The translations under genes and the position numbers were made by a program. Source: a virus. From it: a stretch of DNA of 64,000 bases. Positions 48,705-59,687 of the stretch are shown here, one piece after another (positions within the stretch are counted from its first letter, which is position 1; every line of letters begins with the position of its first letter). The notes below the pieces were generated by a model. The model was not told the DNA's origin. It made no database searches and was given only the letters and a program-made list of their open reading frames with translations. The DNA is taken from positions 32,001 to 96,000 of the IMG/VR virus record IMGVR_UViG_3300021138_000002. One strand, given 5' to 3'.

Positions 48705-49664
48705 ATGGGTCGTCCGTTAAAAATTAAAAAATCCACAACCAAGGATATTGGTTTTAATGACTTTGGTAATGTAGAAGTGCCTGTAATTCCGGTTGGCATA
48801 ACAAGCACAGAATTTTTGGGTGTGGTAGGTGGTGCCAATACTGGCATCGCAACTTCCAGCTATCCAGTAGTGCAAATCACAGCCAACGTGAATGGTCAGC
48901 AGGGCAGTGCTTACATCATTACACAAAAAGGTCAAACCAAATACTTGGTGGCCGGCGAAGATTCAGTTTACGCCAACAGTCTCACACAAGGTTTCAGCTA
49001 TCAAATCACCAATTTAGGTACAGGCACAAACTGGACACAGTTAGGCGCTGGTATCAACCCACAAGTGGGACAAGTTTTCACCTGTACTCTCCCAATTGGG
49101 TCCGGCACCGGAAACGGCACAGCCAGCGATTGCGGACAGTGCACCTTGGTAACCAGCGGCACACTTAGCTCTGGTCAAATGAACATGGTATTCAATGCCA
49201 ATGGTGGATCAGCTTACGCCAGCCGTCTCACAAACAAGTACATCTGGGATGCCTCAAATACTCGCTATGCTGTAAACTTCTTTGTGGCAGGTACCAATAC
49301 TCCGCTTGCTTTGGCCAACGTCACCATCACCGGCAACGCAGGCACATTCACTTGTTCTAACACCAATATTGGTCTAGGCGAATTGATCACAGTCACTGGC
49401 ACATTGAGCAACGTGGCCACTGGCACAATCTCTGGTTACAGCAACCCAACCACTTATTATGTGATCAACACTAACGGCGTCAATACCTTTACTTTGAGTA
49501 CCACAGAAGGCGGTGCCAATATCACTACTGGCACTGGTAATACTACTGGATTGACATTCAACACCATAAGTTCAACCACATTCAAGTCTGGAGCAGATCC
49601 GGTAACTTGGACCAATGGTACTGGCAATTTGATCCTGGCACAGGTTCAGAATTACACATCATAA
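48705..49664 (+). CDS. Late virion structural protein (MGRPLK-type N-terminus)
   Basis: 319 aa, Thr/Gly/Asn-rich. Late promoter, structured leader and strong SD (TAAGGAG) upstream; own terminator downstream. Confidence 0.7.
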   Translation: MGRPLKIKKSTTKDIGFNDFGNVEVPVIPVGITSTEFLGVVGGANTGIATSSYPVVQITANVNGQQGSAYIITQKGQTKYLVAGEDSVYANSLTQGFSYQITNLGTGTNWTQLGAGINPQVGQVFTCTLPIGSGTGNGTASDCGQCTLVTSGTLSSGQMNMVFNANGGSAYASRLTNKYIWDASNTRYAVNFFVAGTNTPLALANVTITGNAGTFTCSNTNIGLGELITVTGTLSNVATGTISGYSNPTTYYVINTNGVNTFTLSTTEGGANITTGTGNTTGLTFNTISSTTFKSGADPVTWTNGTGNLILAQVQNYTS

Positions 49665-49680
49665 CGCAGTTTTGTGTGGA

Positions 49681-49707
49681 AAAAACCCGTACCTGTTACG
49701 GGTTTTT
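49681..49707. terminator. Intrinsic (bidirectional-type) terminator
   Basis: AAAAACCCGTA-CCTGT-TACGGGTTTTT. Confidence 0.8.
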
Positions 49708-49781
49708 AAATGAGTCAAAATTCTAAACACAGTCCCGGTTTTATGCGGGCACTGGTAAATATATCATAATAGGAGAAAACC

Positions 49782-52700
49782 GTGGCCGTCACAAGAATAA
49801 AAAATAACCAGATCACTGATGCATCAGCTGGCAATACCCAACTTGGTATCAATGCAAATACCAAAGTACAAGATTATAGCGTAACTTCAGTCAAGTTAGC
49901 TAACAATATTACCTATGGTTCAGACCTTACCATTTCGGGTAACCTAAGCGTAACTGGTACAACCACAGCGGTTGATACCACATATACCAACATACAAGAT
50001 CCCCTGATCGTATTAGCAGACGGACAGACTAGTGGTAGCCCGGCCGTGGACATCGGCTATATCGGTCTACGTGGAAACCAAGCCAATATTGCTCTTATCT
50101 GGAATGAGGCCAACAGCACTTTTGCTGCTACCTATACCAACAGCGGTGTGAACGATAACACCGTTGTTGCGATCAACAGCTATGCCGACTTCAAGGCCAA
50201 CAATGTAAACACTGTGACTGATGTTTCAGCAGGCGGTAACGTATCGGGTGGCAATGTCTCTGCCACAACTGATGTATCAGCTGGTGGCAATGTAGCAGGT
50301 GGCAATGTGACTGCTACTACCAATGTGAGTGCTGGCGGAAACGTTTTGGCCAATACTGATGTTTCGGCTGGCGGTAACGTAGTTGGTGGCAATGTAAATG
50401 TAACTACCAACGTAAGTGCTGGTGGCAACATCTACGGTGCAAATTTTGCAACAACAGGATCGGGTGGCAATATCACTGGTGCCAATGTTATTTCTGCAAC
50501 TACAGTGACCACTACTGGTGATGTCAGTGCAGGTGGCAATGTTGTAACTGGTGCCAATGTCAGCGTAGGCGGAAACGTTTCAGTTGCTGGCAATATTACT
50601 GCGGTAGGCAACATTGGTGCTGGTCAGTACCTGTTTGGTGATGGTTATTATATCAGCAACATCAACTCAGGCAATATTGCAGCCAGTAAAATTGTAAACG
50701 GCGGTAGCTTTGCTAATATAGCCACAACTGACGGCAACTTGGTAGTTGCCATTGGTAACGCTTCGAGCACAGTGGCCACATTCTATGACACTGGTATCAA
50801 CACCAACGGCAATCTCAGTGCCAGTGGTAATATACTAGCCGGGGCTGACATAAGTGCTGGTGGTAACGTAACTGCAACTACCAATATCTCAGCCGGTAGC
50901 AATGTTTTGGCCAATACCGATGTTTCAGCAGGCGGTAATGTGTTAGGTGGCAACGTAACTGCCACTACCAATGTTTCAGCTGGTAGCAATGTTCTTGCTA
51001 ACACAGACGTTTCGGCTGGTGGTAACGTAATTGGTGGCAATGTAACTGCAACTACTAATGTTTCAGCTGGTAGCAACGTTTTAGCAAATACTGATGTAAG
51101 TGCTGGCGGTAATGTAATTGGTGGTAACGTAACTGCAACTACCAATGTTTCAGCTGGTAGCAATGTTCTTGCCAACACAGATGTAAGTGCTGGCGGTAAT
51201 GTAATTGGTGGTAACGTAATCGCAACTACCACCGTGAGTGCTGGCACCAATGTAATTTCTGGACAAGATATCAGTGCAGGCGGCAATGTATTGGCCTACA
51301 ACAGTGTTTCTGCTAACGGAAATATAGCAGGTGACAATGTAATTGCTGGCACTACCATTTCATCAGGCGGAAATGTATTGGTTTATGGTTTGGTGACAGC
51401 TGGTGGCAACATACAGTCCAATCAAAATGTACAGGCTTTCCAGGATGTCAGTGCCGGTGGTAACATAATTGCAAATTACAACGTAACTGCTACAGGCAAC
51501 GTAACTGGTGGTAACGTAAATGCGGTTGGTATAGGTGCAGTAGTAAGTGCAGACGGCAACGTGGTTGGTGGCAACATAGTCACTCAAGGCACTATCACAG
51601 CCACAGGTACATTGGAAGCTGGCAACATAGTCACCGGCGGATATGTAACTGCCACAGGTAACGTACAAGCCGGCAATATCAACACAGCAGGCGACGTAAG
51701 CGCCACAGCCAATGTCAACAGCGGCAACGTAAACAGTGGCACTATCAGTGCCACAGGTGCGATATATGGTGCCAACATCAACAGCAACTATCTCTACAGT
51801 GCCAACAGCAGTTTGGTTATCAGTGCAGTAGGTACCAATAGCGGTATCAGCATATTCACCAACGGCTCGGGCAACATTGGTGTGGGCAATGCCTATATCA
51901 ACAACTTGGCTGATCCACAGCAGAATCAAGATGCGGCTACCAAGTTCTATGTTGACAGCGTGGCACAAGGTTTAGCAGTAAAAGCTTCTGTGAGTGTGAG
52001 TGAAGTTTCCACATTGGCCAACGTGACCAACGTGACCAACGTGACTTACAACAACGGCACGTCCGGAGTTGGTGCCACATTGACCATAACCAGTACAGCT
52101 CAAATCAGTTTAGACGGAGTTAATCTCAGTACATTGCCGGCCAATGCCAGAGTATTGATACAGAACGAAACCGGATCCGGTGCTGGCGATACCAATGCTG
52201 CCTGGAACGGTATCTATTACATATCAACCAATACTCCAACCAACACTGTGCTCACACGTAGCTTGGATATGAATCAACCGAGCGAATTCTACGGTGCATT
52301 TACCTTTGTTGAAGACGGTACTGTGTACAAGGCCTCGGGTTGGGTATGTACCAATACTGCTGAGGCTAGCCCGATCACGATCGGTACCACAGCAGTTACT
52401 TGGAGCCAGTTCTCGGGTGCAGGTGCTTACACACAAGGCAACGGTATCGCGATTACAGGCACAATCATCAGCACCAGAATCAACACTGGCAATTTAGAGT
52501 ATGATGGTAGCGGAAACCTACAAGTATCCAGCTATGCCAATTTGACTTATCCAAATATTGGATCAGCAACTGGTACCACATTGAGCTTGACCGGTAATTT
52601 GGTTGCCAGTGCGATTGGCTCAACCGACAGCATGAGTGCTGCAGGCAATGTTTATGCAGGCAATATCAGTACAAGTGGCACTGTAGTTGCGGTAGCCAAC

Positions 52701-55061
52701 ATAACTGGTGGCAACTTGTTGACCGGCAACGTGGTCAGTGCAACTGGTAACGTAACAGGTGGCAATTTGATCACTGCAGGTTATGTTTCTGCTACTGGCA
52801 ATTTGTACGGTGGTAACCTCAGCTTGTCAGGCAACGTACTCAGCGATATCAACATGTTGGGCAACATCACTGCAGGTGGATATATCACCGCAGTTGGCAA
52901 CGTGTCAGCTGGCAATGTAAACACTGGCATAGTATCAGCTAGCGGTAACATATATTCAGCCAATATATTTGCCACAGGCGCTATTATTCCTACCACAGAC
53001 AACACATTTACACTGGGTAACTCAACCAACAGTTGGCAAAGCCTGTATGTTAGCGGAAGCACCATTTACTTGGGCAACATCCAACTCAAACAAACCGCGG
53101 CAAATACCCTTAGCGTGGTAGCCAGCGATGGTACTACACCAGCCAGCTTGTCTATCAACAGTATCAGTGCCAGTGGAAATATCACTGCTAATGGAAACAT
53201 GAGTGCCGGCGGCAATGTATGGTCTTCGGCAGACGTCAGCGCCACAGGCAATGTGTACGGCAACAATCTTTCAGCAGTCAGCAATGTAGCAGGTGGCAAT
53301 ATAGTTGCAACTACCGATGTAAGTGCTGGTGGTAATGTTTTAGCCAATACCGACCTAAGTGCTGGCGGCAATGTTGTGGGTGGCAATGTAAACGTAACTA
53401 CCAACGTAAGTGCTGGTGGTAACGTCTATGGTGCCAATTTTGCAACAACGGGCCCAAGTGGCAACATTACTGGTGCCAATGTTATTTCTGCAACCACATT
53501 CACTGCCAGCGGCAATGTCACTGCCAACAATGTAACAGTTGGAAACATAGTGAGTGCAGTTGGCAATATTGTTACTAGCAACTACTTTGTGGGCGATGGT
53601 TACTACATCAGCAACATCAACGCCGGCAACGTGGCCACAACCAAAATCTTTAACGGCAACAGCTATGCCAACGTAACTGCCAGCAACGGCAACGTCACAA
53701 TTGGTGTAAACAGCAATTTGGTAGCCACATTCTATGACACTGGTATCAGTTCAACTGGCAATGTAAACGTTGACGGATTAACTATTGCAGTAGGTCAGAG
53801 TTTGATTGGTACCACAGCCAATGCCAATATTACCATAACACCAAACGGATCGGGCGTACTTGCAGTACAAAGTTCCAGCAACGTTGGTATAGTTGTAAGT
53901 ACAACTAGTGCTAATTTAAAAAATCAAATTAGAGTGCAGACTGTTGGAACCACCCTGGGCGGAAGCGGCGGCGGAGCATTTGTTGGAACTTATGTACTAG
54001 GTAACGGCACACCAACACAAAGTCAAAATCGTTTGGTAACCATTGTTGGTGAAGGATCTGAAGACGGCACAACTGCCGGCCCAAGTGCTGCAACCAAGAT
54101 CACGTTGGATGCTGCAGCCGATTGGTCAACAGGAAACACACCGGCTCACATCAGTTTTTGGACCACACCAAGTGGAAGCAACGTCAGTGTTGAATCAGTA
54201 CGAGCCGAATCCAACGGCGATTTGAGTATTTTTAATGGTAACTTGAATGCAGCCAACGGTAACGTTTACACAACCAGTGTCAGCGCCAGCGGTTCGATTG
54301 TGGCAGACGCCAATATCACCGGTGGTAATATATACACTGGCGGCGAAATCAGTTCAACTGGTAACGTCACATCTGGCACATTCTTCTATGTTGATCCTGT
54401 AGACAGCACTGTGTTGATCGGCAACAGCTCGATCGTGGCCTGTTCTGTATTGAGTTTGAACACCACAACCAGCTTTGTAGTTCCAGTTGGTAACACAGCA
54501 CAACGTCCAAGTTCAACTTACACTGGTATGGTTCGTTTCAATACCAGCCAAAACAACTTGGAAGTGTACGACAACGCACAATGGAGCCCAGTTGGTTCAA
54601 CCACATACACTGTGATTGCTGACGAACAGTTCAACGGCGACGGTGCTACTGTGGCCTTTACATTGGGTAGCACACAAACTACCAACAGTTGTATTGTAAG
54701 CATCAACGGTGTGGTACAGATCCCAACATTGGCTTATGCTGTGTCAGGAACTTACCCAACTTGTGTGTTGACATTCACAGAAGCTCCAGAACTTGGTGAC
54801 GTAATTGATGTAAGAGAAATCACAACCACAGTGACCTTGACCGAATTGGCCAGCCAAAGCGGTAATGCAACTGTAACTGTAAGCAACACCAGCGCCGAAG
54901 TTGACATCAAGGGTAACTTGGTAACCACAGTTAATAGCTCAGCTCCAACCCTGTCGACCAACCAGACCTTGAGCTTCCAGCTAGTATCAAATACCAGCTT
55001 GAAGATCTTGGTACGCGGCAGCGACGGTGTAACAAGAAGCGCCACATTGACCCTGAGCTAA
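49782..55061 (+). CDS. Long repetitive fibre protein (1759 aa)
   Basis: GTG start with SD AGGAG. GGNV/SAGGN beta-repeats, LADPQQNQDAATKFYVD, a gpH-like RVLIQNE..NGIY domain and PVGNTAQRP..GMVRFNT. Confidence 0.85.
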   Translation: MAVTRIKNNQITDASAGNTQLGINANTKVQDYSVTSVKLANNITYGSDLTISGNLSVTGTTTAVDTTYTNIQDPLIVLADGQTSGSPAVDIGYIGLRGNQANIALIWNEANSTFAATYTNSGVNDNTVVAINSYADFKANNVNTVTDVSAGGNVSGGNVSATTDVSAGGNVAGGNVTATTNVSAGGNVLANTDVSAGGNVVGGNVNVTTNVSAGGNIYGANFATTGSGGNITGANVISATTVTTTGDVSAGGNVVTGANVSVGGNVSVAGNITAVGNIGAGQYLFGDGYYISNINSGNIAASKIVNGGSFANIATTDGNLVVAIGNASSTVATFYDTGINTNGNLSASGNILAGADISAGGNVTATTNISAGSNVLANTDVSAGGNVLGGNVTATTNVSAGSNVLANTDVSAGGNVIGGNVTATTNVSAGSNVLANTDVSAGGNVIGGNVTATTNVSAGSNVLANTDVSAGGNVIGGNVIATTTVSAGTNVISGQDISAGGNVLAYNSVSANGNIAGDNVIAGTTISSGGNVLVYGLVTAGGNIQSNQNVQAFQDVSAGGNIIANYNVTATGNVTGGNVNAVGIGAVVSADGNVVGGNIVTQGTITATGTLEAGNIVTGGYVTATGNVQAGNINTAGDVSATANVNSGNVNSGTISATGAIYGANINSNYLYSANSSLVISAVGTNSGISIFTNGSGNIGVGNAYINNLADPQQNQDAATKFYVDSVAQGLAVKASVSVSEVSTLANVTNVTNVTYNNGTSGVGATLTITSTAQISLDGVNLSTLPANARVLIQNETGSGAGDTNAAWNGIYYISTNTPTNTVLTRSLDMNQPSEFYGAFTFVEDGTVYKASGWVCTNTAEASPITIGTTAVTWSQFSGAGAYTQGNGIAITGTIISTRINTGNLEYDGSGNLQVSSYANLTYPNIGSATGTTLSLTGNLVASAIGSTDSMSAAGNVYAGNISTSGTVVAVANITGGNLLTGNVVSATGNVTGGNLITAGYVSATGNLYGGNLSLSGNVLSDINMLGNITAGGYITAVGNVSAGNVNTGIVSASGNIYSANIFATGAIIPTTDNTFTLGNSTNSWQSLYVSGSTIYLGNIQLKQTAANTLSVVASDGTTPASLSINSISASGNITANGNMSAGGNVWSSADVSATGNVYGNNLSAVSNVAGGNIVATTDVSAGGNVLANTDLSAGGNVVGGNVNVTTNVSAGGNVYGANFATTGPSGNITGANVISATTFTASGNVTANNVTVGNIVSAVGNIVTSNYFVGDGYYISNINAGNVATTKIFNGNSYANVTASNGNVTIGVNSNLVATFYDTGISSTGNVNVDGLTIAVGQSLIGTTANANITITPNGSGVLAVQSSSNVGIVVSTTSANLKNQIRVQTVGTTLGGSGGGAFVGTYVLGNGTPTQSQNRLVTIVGEGSEDGTTAGPSAATKITLDAAADWSTGNTPAHISFWTTPSGSNVSVESVRAESNGDLSIFNGNLNAANGNVYTTSVSASGSIVADANITGGNIYTGGEISSTGNVTSGTFFYVDPVDSTVLIGNSSIVACSVLSLNTTTSFVVPVGNTAQRPSSTYTGMVRFNTSQNNLEVYDNAQWSPVGSTTYTVIADEQFNGDGATVAFTLGSTQTTNSCIVSINGVVQIPTLAYAVSGTYPTCVLTFTEAPELGDVIDVREITTTVTLTELASQSGNATVTVSNTSAEVDIKGNLVTTVNSSAPTLSTNQTLSFQLVSNTSLKILVRGSDGVTRSATLTLS
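50859..51206 (+). repeat. Four tandem 87 nt (29 aa) coding repeats
   Basis: GGNVTATTNVSAGSNVLANTDVSAGGNVI repeated four times with minor variation. Confidence 0.85.
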
Positions 55062-55077
55062 AAACTATAGGGTTTAG

Positions 55078-55110
55078 AAAAAATAGGACTCTCCGGAGTT
55101 CTATTTTTTT
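55078..55110 (+). terminator. Intrinsic terminator
   Basis: AAAAATAGGACTC-TCCG-GAGTTCTATTTTTTT. Confidence 0.8.
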
Positions 55111-55140
55111 GGCTAAATATACAATAGGATAGGTAAAAAA

Positions 55141-55872
55141 ATGGCTCTAACTAAACCCCGTGCGTATCAGATATACGACATAGATTACAAACAAGCGACC
55201 CGAGTAGTAACAGTTACCAACGTTTCTTTAACTGGCGGAGCCCCAAACAATGTGGACGGAGTAACGCTCAGCCTCAACGATCGAGTGCTAGTCACCGGCC
55301 AGGCTGACCAGACACAAAACGGTATCTACATCATAACCACTGTGGGATCGGGTGCCAACGGAACTTGGGCTCGTAGCAACGATACCAACGAAACAGGAGA
55401 ACTATTAGCCGGCACCATTGTCATGGTCACCGAAGGTGTAATCTACGCAGATACTCAGTGGAAACTGATCACAGACAATCCGATCATGATCGGAACCACG
55501 CCCTTAGTATTCACACAAAATTATTTGGCCAACGTATTACACGCTGGCAACAGCAATGTCACAGTTTACAGCAACGCCAATGTGACCATAACAGCTGCCG
55601 GTGCAGCCAATGTGCTCACCGTAGCCTCGGATGGTGTGTACGTGATTGGCAATGTGTCGGCTTCTGGCAATGTCACAGCCGGTCGTGTGTCAGCTACCGG
55701 CAATGTGACCGGTAACAATGTGGTTGCTGTGGCAGGATTTTTGGGCAATAATATCAGTGTGTCTGGCAACGTGACCCTGGGCAACCGACTGGATTGGACA
55801 TCAAACGGTACCAGTGCGGTATACCAAGTGTACAATGCCAGCACCGGAAGCCTGGATACCATATTTGGGTAA
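55141..55872 (+). CDS. Short fibre protein (gpH-like N-terminal domain)
   Basis: DYKQATRV..VDGVTLSLNDRVLVTGQ.DQTQNGIY, then GNV repeats; ends SLDTIFG. Confidence 0.8.
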   Translation: MALTKPRAYQIYDIDYKQATRVVTVTNVSLTGGAPNNVDGVTLSLNDRVLVTGQADQTQNGIYIITTVGSGANGTWARSNDTNETGELLAGTIVMVTEGVIYADTQWKLITDNPIMIGTTPLVFTQNYLANVLHAGNSNVTVYSNANVTITAAGAANVLTVASDGVYVIGNVSASGNVTAGRVSATGNVTGNNVVAVAGFLGNNISVSGNVTLGNRLDWTSNGTSAVYQVYNASTGSLDTIFG

Positions 55873-55875
55873 TGT

Positions 55876-56745
55876 ATGTCTACATTAGCGACCCGACTCA
55901 CCAGTGATGGCATACTGCTAACCAATGCCTACTTTGACGAAATCACCAAGACCTGGGTCAGTATAGCACCTGATGCTGTGTATGCCGGCCAGTTTGACGA
56001 AGTTTTTCTAGCCACCGGCAGTTTGTTGTTCTCGGGATCCACCGATTTTCTCTACGGAACCAACTCGGTATTTGACATCAGTGCACCTGGCACAGCCTGG
56101 ACATTTGAAACTTGGATTTATCCTGCAACAGCCGGTGCTGTGTTCAGCATCGGCGACGGTACCCAGTACGGGCAGAGTTTTGCATTAGATTGGGGCGTTA
56201 CTGCCACTGACAAATTTACGCTAAAGCAAGGTGATGGATCCAGTTATCCCATTTCGATTACCACTGCTGGCACCTATGCCAGCGGATCTTGGTATCACGT
56301 GGCTGTGAGTTACACTGCCAGCGGCCTGAGAGCCATCTATGTCAACGGTGTGGATGATGCCAGTTACATGGCATCGGTCACGTTGAGTTCGGCCACCCAG
56401 TGGGTGGTCAACGGCTACTACGACAACAACGGTCTGGGCAATGCTGGCGGATCCGGGCACCTGAGCAATCTGAGATTTGTGTTGGGCACAGCCCTGTACA
56501 CAGCCAATTTTACGCCGCCTTACGCACCCCTAGTGCCGGTCACCAACACACAACTGCTGTTGTGCATGCCCGACAATGGTGGTGTCTTGATTGATACCAG
56601 TGCCAACGCTTTCAAAATTCAGAGCCAAGGAACACCGGTAGCAACTGTTTTAAAACCATTCGTGGTAAATACTGTACAACGAGAATTAAACACAGGAACC
56701 TTACAGGTTTCTGGATATTTTGATGAAGAAACTGGCATCATTTAA
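55876..56745 (+). CDS. Fibre adaptor-like protein with an inserted LamG/concanavalin-A-like lectin domain
   Basis: WTFETWIYP, WYHVAVS, IYVNG and GHLSNLRFV.GTALYTANFTPP. FDE motifs at both termini. Confidence 0.75.
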   Translation: MSTLATRLTSDGILLTNAYFDEITKTWVSIAPDAVYAGQFDEVFLATGSLLFSGSTDFLYGTNSVFDISAPGTAWTFETWIYPATAGAVFSIGDGTQYGQSFALDWGVTATDKFTLKQGDGSSYPISITTAGTYASGSWYHVAVSYTASGLRAIYVNGVDDASYMASVTLSSATQWVVNGYYDNNGLGNAGGSGHLSNLRFVLGTALYTANFTPPYAPLVPVTNTQLLLCMPDNGGVLIDTSANAFKIQSQGTPVATVLKPFVVNTVQRELNTGTLQVSGYFDEETGII

Positions 56746-56763
56746 CAATTAGGACAATAAAAA

Positions 56764-59046
56764 ATGGCTAAACTGCTATCAGGAACCACGGTATACGGAA
56801 ATGCCGTAATCCAAACATATATAACCGTTACCGGTAACGTGATCGGTGGCAACGTACTAGTAACCGGATCCGGACAGATCAGCACAGCTGGAAATGTCTA
56901 TGCCAACAACACAATCATAGCTGGATCAGAAACTGTGACTGGAAATATCACTGGTGGTAACATATTGACAGGTGGACAAATAAGTGCCACTGGCAATATC
57001 ACCATACCGCAAGGCAACTTCTTTATCGGTAATGGTAGCCAACTTACCGGTGTTGTTGCTACTTCGGCCAATGCCCAAACATTGACTGGCACATACCTTG
57101 CCAACAATGTTGTAACTTCCAATTTGACCAGTTTTGGTCTTGTAACTTCTATCAGCTCAACCGGCAACGTCACTACCACAGGTAATGTAATTGGTGGCAA
57201 CGTATTAACAGGTGGTTTGATTTCGGCGGCTGGTACGATCACCAGTGCAGCCAACATCACTGGCGGTAATGTATTAACTGCTGGCTTGATCAGCTCGACC
57301 GGCACAATCACTTCGGCAGCAAACGTGATCGGCGGCAATTTGGTCACTGCTGGATCAGTCACAGCCACAGCCAACATCACCGGCGGTAATGTATTAACAG
57401 CCGGTTTGGTAAGTGCTACAGGCAATGTCACAGGCGGCAACATAACCACCGCTGGTTTAATCACTGCAACCGGTGCAATCACCAGTTCTGCCAACATCAC
57501 AGGTGGTAATGTACTAACTGGTGGTTTGATCAGTGCCACAGGTAATGTGATCAGCGGCAACATAAACACCGGCAGTATCAGCCAAACCGGAAACTTATAT
57601 GTGGGCGGATCGGCCAACATTATCGGTAACTTGAACGTACAGGGCAATGTAACATTCGTCAACAGCAACGTAATCACTGTAAACGATTTATACATCGAAC
57701 TGGCCAACAACATCACTACCTATGCCAACGCTAACAGTGCTGGTTTGGTAGTTGGACCTGCCGGCAACAGCTTGTTCAATTGGCAGTATCTCAATTCAGC
57801 CAATGCCTGGTCAACCAACATCGGTATCAGTGCCCAGGGCAACATAAACGGTGGTAATGTAATCACAGGTGGTTTGGTAAACGCCACAGGCAATTTAACA
57901 GGTGGAAATGTAAACACAGCCGGTCTAATCAGTGCCGCAGGCAATATCTACGGTGGCAATTTGAGCATCACCGGAAGCATTACATTTGCTACAGTGACTG
58001 GAACTACAATCAGTGTCACTGGTAATGTGATTGGTGGTAATCTATTGACAGGTGGTGGCGTAAGTGCTGCCGGACAGATCAGTGCCACAGCCAACATCAC
58101 TGGTGGCAATTTGCTCACAGCTGGTCTAATCAGCTCAACTGGCTCTATCACCAGTGCTGCGAACGTGACCGGTGGTAATGTATTGACTGCTGGATTGGTA
58201 AGTGCCACGGGTAACATAACTGGCGGTAACATATTAAGTGCTGGCTTGGCCAGTTTGACCGGCAACATCACAGGCGGTAACATATTAACTGCTGGTTTGA
58301 TCAGCTCAACTGGCACAATCACCAGTGCTGCTAATATCACAGGTGGTAACGTATTAACTGCTGGTTTGATCAGCTCAACTGGTAATTTGACCAGCGGCAA
58401 CATTACAACCAGCGGCTCAGTGACAGCCACAGCCAATATTACCGGCGGCAACATATTAACTGCCGGCTTGATCAGCTCAACTGGTACTATCACTAGTTCT
58501 GCCAACATTGCAGGTGGTAATGTACTCACAGCTGGATTGATATCAGCAACCGGTAACGTAACAGGTAATTACATATTGGGTAACGGTAGTCAATTGACCG
58601 GTATTGATGTTGGACCACAACCCAACATTGTGAACGGAACTACCAACGTAAGTATTGCCACAGCCAATGCCAATGTGACAGTGAGTGTCGGCGGTGTTGG
58701 CAACGTAGCAGTATTTTCGACAGCCGGACTCAGTGTATCAGGCACAGTACAAGCCAACGGAACTGTCACAGGCGGTAATTTGGCCACAGCCGGCACCGCC
58801 AGTGCAACCGGCAACATCACCGGCGGTAACATACTGACAGCTGGATTGGTCAGCGCCACAGGCACCATTACTAGTGCTGCCAATATCACTGGTGGTAACT
58901 TGTTAACAGGTGGACAAATAAGTGCTACTGGTAATATTGCCACAAGCGCCTATTTAAACTTGGCCAACAGTGCTAATGCTGCCGGCCCAGGTGGACACAT
59001 AACTTATAACTCAAGTCTGATCAGCATAGACTTTACCTTTGGATAA
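56764..59046 (+). CDS. Fibre protein (760 aa, GNITGGN repeats)
   Basis: Starts MAKLLSGTTVYGNA, continues with [10 protein letters not shown][IVL]LT repeats, ends SIDFTFG. Confidence 0.85.
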   Translation: MAKLLSGTTVYGNAVIQTYITVTGNVIGGNVLVTGSGQISTAGNVYANNTIIAGSETVTGNITGGNILTGGQISATGNITIPQGNFFIGNGSQLTGVVATSANAQTLTGTYLANNVVTSNLTSFGLVTSISSTGNVTTTGNVIGGNVLTGGLISAAGTITSAANITGGNVLTAGLISSTGTITSAANVIGGNLVTAGSVTATANITGGNVLTAGLVSATGNVTGGNITTAGLITATGAITSSANITGGNVLTGGLISATGNVISGNINTGSISQTGNLYVGGSANIIGNLNVQGNVTFVNSNVITVNDLYIELANNITTYANANSAGLVVGPAGNSLFNWQYLNSANAWSTNIGISAQGNINGGNVITGGLVNATGNLTGGNVNTAGLISAAGNIYGGNLSITGSITFATVTGTTISVTGNVIGGNLLTGGGVSAAGQISATANITGGNLLTAGLISSTGSITSAANVTGGNVLTAGLVSATGNITGGNILSAGLASLTGNITGGNILTAGLISSTGTITSAANITGGNVLTAGLISSTGNLTSGNITTSGSVTATANITGGNILTAGLISSTGTITSSANIAGGNVLTAGLISATGNVTGNYILGNGSQLTGIDVGPQPNIVNGTTNVSIATANANVTVSVGGVGNVAVFSTAGLSVSGTVQANGTVTGGNLATAGTASATGNITGGNILTAGLVSATGTITSAANITGGNLLTGGQISATGNIATSAYLNLANSANAAGPGGHITYNSSLISIDFTFG

Positions 59047-59058
59047 TAGGGGAACACC

Positions 59059-59301
59059 ATGACATTTTTAGCCGCTAGACTGTTGAGCACCGGCAACCTG
59101 ATGATAGCCAACACTATCCAGTTTGACGAAGTCACGTACAGCAATGTACACATTGCTCAGAATGGATGCTATGCGGGATTGCTGGATGAAGTCACCCAAC
59201 CAGCCAATGTGCCCATGCGTATACTGAACAACCAAACCATACAAACTGGTAATGTAGCAGGAGCCAACGGAATATTTGACGAGTATACCGGCATAAGTTA
59301 A
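59059..59301 (+). CDS. Minimal fibre adaptor-like protein (80 aa)
   Basis: Paralogous to both termini of the 55876 protein: LAARLLSTG..FDEVT..LDEVT..FDEYTGI. Confidence 0.75.
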   Translation: MTFLAARLLSTGNLMIANTIQFDEVTYSNVHIAQNGCYAGLLDEVTQPANVPMRILNNQTIQTGNVAGANGIFDEYTGIS

Positions 59302-59309
59302 AGGATACT

Positions 59310-59687
59310 ATGGCCAAATTACAAAGCGGAACCACGGTATACGGAAATGCCAATGTCACTACATACCTAACAGTTGGAAGCTATGTATCGGCTGCGGGCA
59401 ACGTGTATGCCGGCAACATTGTCAGCACCGGTTCAGAATCAGTCGCAGGAAACATTATCGGTGGTAACATACTCACTGCCGGACAGATCAGTGCCACCGG
59501 TAACATCACAGCTGATCCTAGCAGTTTTTTCATTGGTAATGGTAGTTTACTGACTGGTGTACAAACCAGTAACGGTGGTAATCTATTGGTATTACAAAGA
59601 ACAGGCATCCTAAAGGTGCCAATTAGCTATGGTTATCTGCTGGTGGTGGGTCGATCTGGAAATGTACAATGTCCAATTGTTGCATAA
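59310..59687 (+). CDS. Short fibre segment
   Basis: Starts MAKLQSGTTVYGNA, as the 56764 protein does, and contains FFIGNGSLLTGV. Confidence 0.8.
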   Translation: MAKLQSGTTVYGNANVTTYLTVGSYVSAAGNVYAGNIVSTGSESVAGNIIGGNILTAGQISATGNITADPSSFFIGNGSLLTGVQTSNGGNLLVLQRTGILKVPISYGYLLVVGRSGNVQCPIVA

